Of a DNA stretch of 58,547 nt, positions 54,356 through 58,547 are shown piece by piece (position 1 is the stretch's first letter; each line of letters begins with the position of its first letter). This DNA comes from a virus (Duplodnaviria > Caudoviricetes). The translations under genes were made by a program, and so were the position numbers. Where the stretch lies: IMG/VR virus record IMGVR_UViG_3300037156_000120, positions 1 through 58,547 of that record. One strand, written 5' to 3'. The notes beneath the pieces are model-generated. The model saw nothing but the letters and a program-made list of their open reading frames with translations, made no database searches and was not told the origin of the DNA.

Positions 54356-55626
54356 GCAGCGCAGGAACACTCGCACCGACAGATCCGACCTCCACAGCGG
54401 GACTGATCAACGCCGCGCCCGGCATGGCGTCGGCTATCCCAGGCGTCACGCCGTCCGGAGCAACGCCGGGCGCGCCGGTTACTGGTTATATTCCCGCTGG
54501 CGCGACGTCGTCGAATGCCAAGACGACAGGTTATGACGCGAACGGTTTCCCGGTCACGTCGGATCAGACCGTCGCCGGTCAGATATCGAGCATCATCGCA
54601 TCCGGCTCGCCGCTGATGGAGCAGGCTCAGACGAACGCGCGCAATCTGATGAATCAGCGCGGGCTCATCAATTCGACGCAAGGCATCACCGCTGATCAAA
54701 GCGCGCTCTACGCCGCCGCGACGCCAATCGCGACGGCTGACGCTGCTCGCTATTCTTCTGCCTCGGATCAAACAGTCGCGGCGAAGAACGCTGCGGCTGC
54801 GGCAGAGGCTGCTGCGAAGAATGCGGCAGGACTACAAGATGCAAACCTCCAGACCCAAACCAGTCAATATAACGCCGGGCAAACGAACGCTTCTCTGGCG
54901 TCGTCCGCGTCGGCATCCAACGCCGCATCGCTTACCGCCCAACAGATCGCCGGGTCGACGAATATTGCTGACATCCAGTCGAAGAGTTCTCAGGCTATTG
55001 CTGCGTTGCAGGCCGACACGACACTGTCCGTTCAGGATAAGTCGAACGCATCGGCGCAAATCATCGCCGCCATTCAGTCCAACACGACACTGTCCGTTCA
55101 GGATAAGTCGAACGCATCGGCGCAAATCATCGCCGCCATTCAGTCCAACACGTCGATGTCCGTCGCGGACAAGAATAACGTATCGTCGCAGCTTATTGCT
55201 GCCATTCAGTCCAACACGTCGATGTCCGTCGCGGACAAGAATAACGTATCGTCGCAGCTTATTGCTGCCATAAATTCCAGCACCACTCTTTCGGAAACCG
55301 ATAAACAAACCGTGTCGGCGCAGGTCGTTGCCGCGATGAACAATCAAAATGCCCAGATCATACAGCAGGCGTCCGCAACGTCAGCACAGCAGCTGGCAAC
55401 CATCAATAACACGAACGCCCAGCTGCTGCAGACGTCGACTGGGGCCTCGCAGATGTATACGCAGGCCATTTCTCAGATGGCTGCGATTGCCACGAGCACG
55501 TCTCTCGATCCAGGTCAGAAGGCAACGGCTCTTAATAACGCCGTGCAACAACTGAACGACGGTCTCGCCGCCATATCTTCCATCGCCAACATACCGGGCG
55601 TCCAGTCGACGTTAGTGTTCAATTGA
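54352..55626 (+). CDS. Ejection/internal virion protein with 22-aa tandem repeats
   Basis: Ala/Gln/Ser-rich, RGLINS motif; position after the tail genes. Confidence 0.75.
   Translation: MSSAGTLAPTDPTSTAGLINAAPGMASAIPGVTPSGATPGAPVTGYIPAGATSSNAKTTGYDANGFPVTSDQTVAGQISSIIASGSPLMEQAQTNARNLMNQRGLINSTQGITADQSALYAAATPIATADAARYSSASDQTVAAKNAAAAAEAAAKNAAGLQDANLQTQTSQYNAGQTNASLASSASASNAASLTAQQIAGSTNIADIQSKSSQAIAALQADTTLSVQDKSNASAQIIAAIQSNTTLSVQDKSNASAQIIAAIQSNTSMSVADKNNVSSQLIAAIQSNTSMSVADKNNVSSQLIAAINSSTTLSETDKQTVSAQVVAAMNNQNAQIIQQASATSAQQLATINNTNAQLLQTSTGASQMYTQAISQMAAIATSTSLDPGQKATALNNAVQQLNDGLAAISSIANIPGVQSTLVFN
55018..55271 (+). repeat. 66-bp coding tandem repeat, AABB arrangement
   Basis: Two identical TTLSVQDKSNASAQIIAAIQSN units, then two TSMSVADKNNVSSQLIAAI units. 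Confidence 0.95.
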
Positions 55627-56006
55627 TGATCACGCGCGCTGAAATCATTGATCGCATCTGGGAGGCGGCAGAGCCGGAAGTCTTCATTCCGAAAGCCGCA
55701 TTCATGGCTGGTCTTGACAGCTGGGATATCCAACCCGTCGAGATCGACGGCGAAATGGCGTTCGTAACGATGACGAACGGCCCAGCATTTCATTTCCACA
55801 GTTTCGACACCGGGCACGCGATTTCGCGTCGGATGATCAAGGATTTTCTCAAACGGATCACAGATCACTACGGCTATGCGACGACCAAGACGCCGAAGGA
55901 AGATACGCGGCAACATCGCTTCAATCTGATGTTCGGTTTCAAGGTTGTCGGCATGGACGAATATGATATCTTCTACCGGATCGACAGGAGCGGGCCATGC
56001 CAATAA
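55623..56006 (+). CDS. GNAT-fold virion assembly protein (P22 gp14 / T7 gp13-like position)
   Basis: RFNLMFGF motif; lies among the ejection genes. Confidence 0.6.
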   Translation: MMITRAEIIDRIWEAAEPEVFIPKAAFMAGLDSWDIQPVEIDGEMAFVTMTNGPAFHFHSFDTGHAISRRMIKDFLKRITDHYGYATTKTPKEDTRQHRFNLMFGFKVVGMDEYDIFYRIDRSGPCQ

Positions 56007-57007
56007 TTGCAGTCGGAATAGCGGTAGCGACAGCAATTGGCGAGGCTGGTGCTATCGGGGGCCTTCTTGCTGGTACGATCACGGCGACAACCGTCCTTGG
56101 AACGATGGCCGCTGTTGGCGCGACGATTGGCGCTATCGGTGCCGTTACTGGCGACAAGTCGTTACAGACGGCTGGCATGATCGTTGGCGGCATCGGCGGG
56201 ATTGGTTCTCTTGCAGCTGGTGCCGGTCTTTTTGGCGACGCAACTACATCTGCTGCTAACGCATTTGGCGGCGCAACGACAGCGGCAGACATTCCGGCGA
56301 CAGCGTCGGCCAGCGTTATGAACGGCGCTGGTGGCGCCGTATCGGACGCGACGGCAGCCATGGCGGCATCAGGGCCTACCAGCGCAGATATCATCGGAAG
56401 CGTTACAGGGAACATAAGTCTTCCGGGCGCAGCTACCGACACGTTGGCCAGCGCGGCCAGCGCGGCCAGTCCGACGACAATTACCGGCAACACCTTGAGC
56501 GGCGGTCTCGGTAATAACATAAAGCTGGCCGTACCTCTCGCGGACGCGAACCCAACCGGTACTGGCGCAACGGCGGAGTCAGACTATCTGTCGTCGCTTG
56601 CTGTGCCGTCGACGAATACTGTTAACGGCACACCTGGCGTGCCATACACGCCAACTGCGGCGCAAATGGCTAATACCCCTATTGCGCCGATTACGGTCAC
56701 GCCTCTGGCGCAGGCCACGTCTGCGCCAGCCGACCCCACCGTATTCGATAAAGTGTTGGGCGCGTTCACGACCAGCACCAATAACAATCTTGGCCTGATT
56801 GGCATGGGTGTCGTACAGTCCGCCGGATCACTCCTGTCCGGCGCGACTAGCACGCTGACACCTGCCCAGGTCGCGTCTTACAACGCGCAGGCTGCTGCGA
56901 ATAACGCGAACGCGGCAATGACGACGATGCAGGCCGCCAACATGAGCGGCGCGATTCCGACGGCGTCGCGCGGCAGTCTGATGAATTCTGTCACGGGAGC
57001 AGTCTAA
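55997..57007 (+). CDS. Ejection protein with hydrophobic Gly/Ala-rich N-terminus
   Basis: Composition and position. Confidence 0.7.
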   Translation: MPIIAVGIAVATAIGEAGAIGGLLAGTITATTVLGTMAAVGATIGAIGAVTGDKSLQTAGMIVGGIGGIGSLAAGAGLFGDATTSAANAFGGATTAADIPATASASVMNGAGGAVSDATAAMAASGPTSADIIGSVTGNISLPGAATDTLASAASAASPTTITGNTLSGGLGNNIKLAVPLADANPTGTGATAESDYLSSLAVPSTNTVNGTPGVPYTPTAAQMANTPIAPITVTPLAQATSAPADPTVFDKVLGAFTTSTNNNLGLIGMGVVQSAGSLLSGATSTLTPAQVASYNAQAAANNANAAMTTMQAANMSGAIPTASRGSLMNSVTGAV

Positions 57008-57552
57008 TGGCCGCACTTCTCCAAAATAATATTCTCGAGGCTAGCGAGCAGAAGATCGAGAGCCAGCTGACGCCGCAGAACAAAGTCAACTATATGAAAA
57101 TAGTTGTCGCTGGAATGCGCGCTGCGATGGCAAAGGGCCCGAACAGCATCGTGGCGTCTCTGCATCAGAGCAAGGATCCCGTCAGCGATTGTGCGGTCGG
57201 CGCCGTGAAGCTTTGCTTACTGATGGCTCACACGTCGCGCGGCACGATGCCGCCGAAAGCAATGGTCCCGGCAGGGATGACACTGATGTTGCATGCGTTG
57301 GATTTCTGTGACAAATCCGGCATCGCGAAGATCGGAACGCCCGAGCTTGTTCGCGCCACGCACCTCTTCACCAATGAGATTTTCAAGGCGTTCAAGATCT
57401 CGCCGCAGATGCTGCAGAACGCGGCCACCAAAGTCCACGGCATCATGCAGGATCCGACGAAGATGGAAATGCTGAAGCATCAGGCGGGCATGACGAAAAA
57501 TCCCAACGCACCGGTTCCGACGCCAGTAGAGGGAGAGAAAAATGCCGTTTGA
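57007..57552 (+). CDS. Hypothetical virion-associated protein
   Basis: Coupled start/stop within the ejection gene cluster. Confidence 0.7.
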   Translation: MAALLQNNILEASEQKIESQLTPQNKVNYMKIVVAGMRAAMAKGPNSIVASLHQSKDPVSDCAVGAVKLCLLMAHTSRGTMPPKAMVPAGMTLMLHALDFCDKSGIAKIGTPELVRATHLFTNEIFKAFKISPQMLQNAATKVHGIMQDPTKMEMLKHQAGMTKNPNAPVPTPVEGEKNAV

Positions 57553-58547
57553 TATTTCAGCCGGACTTTCCTTGATGGGTAGCACCGTCGCCAAGTCGGC
57601 TGGCGACAGCATGCTGGAGATGCAGAAGGCCGATCTGGAGAACCAGAAGATCATCCTTGCTGATCAGCTCGCGGGAAATCGTGAAGAGAAGGGGCGTCAA
57701 GCACAAGCTGTGATAGACGCGGCGGGACGGCAACAGTCGTCTGATCTTGCTGTGTCGGCTGACAAGGCTGAGACGCAGAACGCAGCTGATCTTGCGCTTC
57801 AGCAAGCCCCAAAACTCGCTGCCGTGCGGGATACCATAGATCAGTTACACGCGAGCGATCTAACATGGGCGAAAAACAGGCAGATCATAACTGACGCAAA
57901 TTCTACCGTCGACCAGCGTGCTGCCGCGAATGCGTCTAACACAGAGGTATTGGCGAATAATCTGAAGATAAATGCGCTGAAACAAACGCAGGCTCTTCAG
58001 AAGCAACTGATGGCGACTACAGACCCAGATAAGCGTGCGAATATCTTTCAGCAACTCACAGACGCCACTACAGACGCTCAAACCATCGTTGCCGCGAAGA
58101 TGGCGGAAGAGGGCAAATACAAGGACGATGTCAGCAGATATTCGTCTGCAACATTGCGCCAGACACAGGCTCAGAGCGCGTTGAATGCTGCGATAAAAGA
58201 CGGCGCAGACGACCCGACGCTTGCTACTGCGAGAGCGGACTTGGATGCGGCGAGGGTACAGGCTAATAACGCTGCGTCAGTGCTGACTACTTCCACTTCT
58301 GACAGAGCGCCGAAATTACCGGCGCTGCCTACGGACCCGACGCAACTTAAGGACGGCACGGTATATGATAACGGGTACGGCGCTCCGATGCGCGCGAAAG
58401 GCGGAAAACTATTTCCCGTCGACCCGGGAAGTGTAGCCGTTCCGCCTGCGGCTGGTTCTGGTACTACAAGTCTCATGGGGCGCGACACTTCTACGCCCGC
58501 CACAGCGCCGGTATCTAAGTATAAAACACCAGCGGCATGGGAAGCCG
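57542..58547 (+). CDS. Putative ejection protein, N-terminal part (continues to 281; about 422 aa in total)
   Basis: GGGAGA RBS, MPFDISAGLSLMG...; no stop seen before the window end. Confidence 0.8.
   Translation, partial: MPFDISAGLSLMGSTVAKSAGDSMLEMQKADLENQKIILADQLAGNREEKGRQAQAVIDAAGRQQSSDLAVSADKAETQNAADLALQQAPKLAAVRDTIDQLHASDLTWAKNRQIITDANSTVDQRAAANASNTEVLANNLKINALKQTQALQKQLMATTDPDKRANIFQQLTDATTDAQTIVAAKMAEEGKYKDDVSRYSSATLRQTQAQSALNAAIKDGADDPTLATARADLDAARVQANNAASVLTTSTSDRAPKLPALPTDPTQLKDGTVYDNGYGAPMRAKGGKLFPVDPGSVAVPPAAGSGTTSLMGRDTSTPATAPVSKYKTPAAWEA
58530..58547. repeat. Terminal direct repeat / assembly overlap (right copy)
   Basis: Identical to 1-18. Confidence 0.95.

Noticed and set aside
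55018-55271. Possible CRISPR array
   Set aside because: Units are contiguous 66-bp in-frame coding repeats with no unique spacers, and no cas operon is present

Overview
The window appears to be a complete, circularly permuted dsDNA phage genome of about 58.5 kb. An 18-bp terminal overlap and an ORF that reads in frame across the join support this. The architecture is podovirus-like. The host is most likely an alphaproteobacterium, because GcrA-like and GapR-like genes are present. The + strand (33.5 kb to the end, continuing through 1-10.2 kb) carries packaging genes, fibres, portal, scaffold, an N4-gp56-type capsid, tail tube proteins, ejection proteins including a 2013-aa polyvalent protein, and a lysis cassette. 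The - strand (33.2 kb down to 10.2 kb) carries early genes under three sigma70-like promoters that share one palindromic operator. It also holds a primase-helicase/Cas4-like nuclease/SSB/PolA/VRR-NUC/SNF2 replication module, three DNA methyltransferases and many small accessory genes. I found no integrase, CI repressor, tRNA, CRISPR array or reverse transcriptase. The most unusual observations are: two paralogous 53-aa membrane peptides, each translationally coupled to a methyltransferase; a ~210-nt multi-stem ncRNA candidate after gcrA; a small ORF flanked by hairpins with the same motif; an MmgR/SuhB-like sRNA candidate; an Acb2/Tad1-like sponge; and a catalytically dead resolvase-like protein. 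All family calls come from motif recognition by eye, not database searches.
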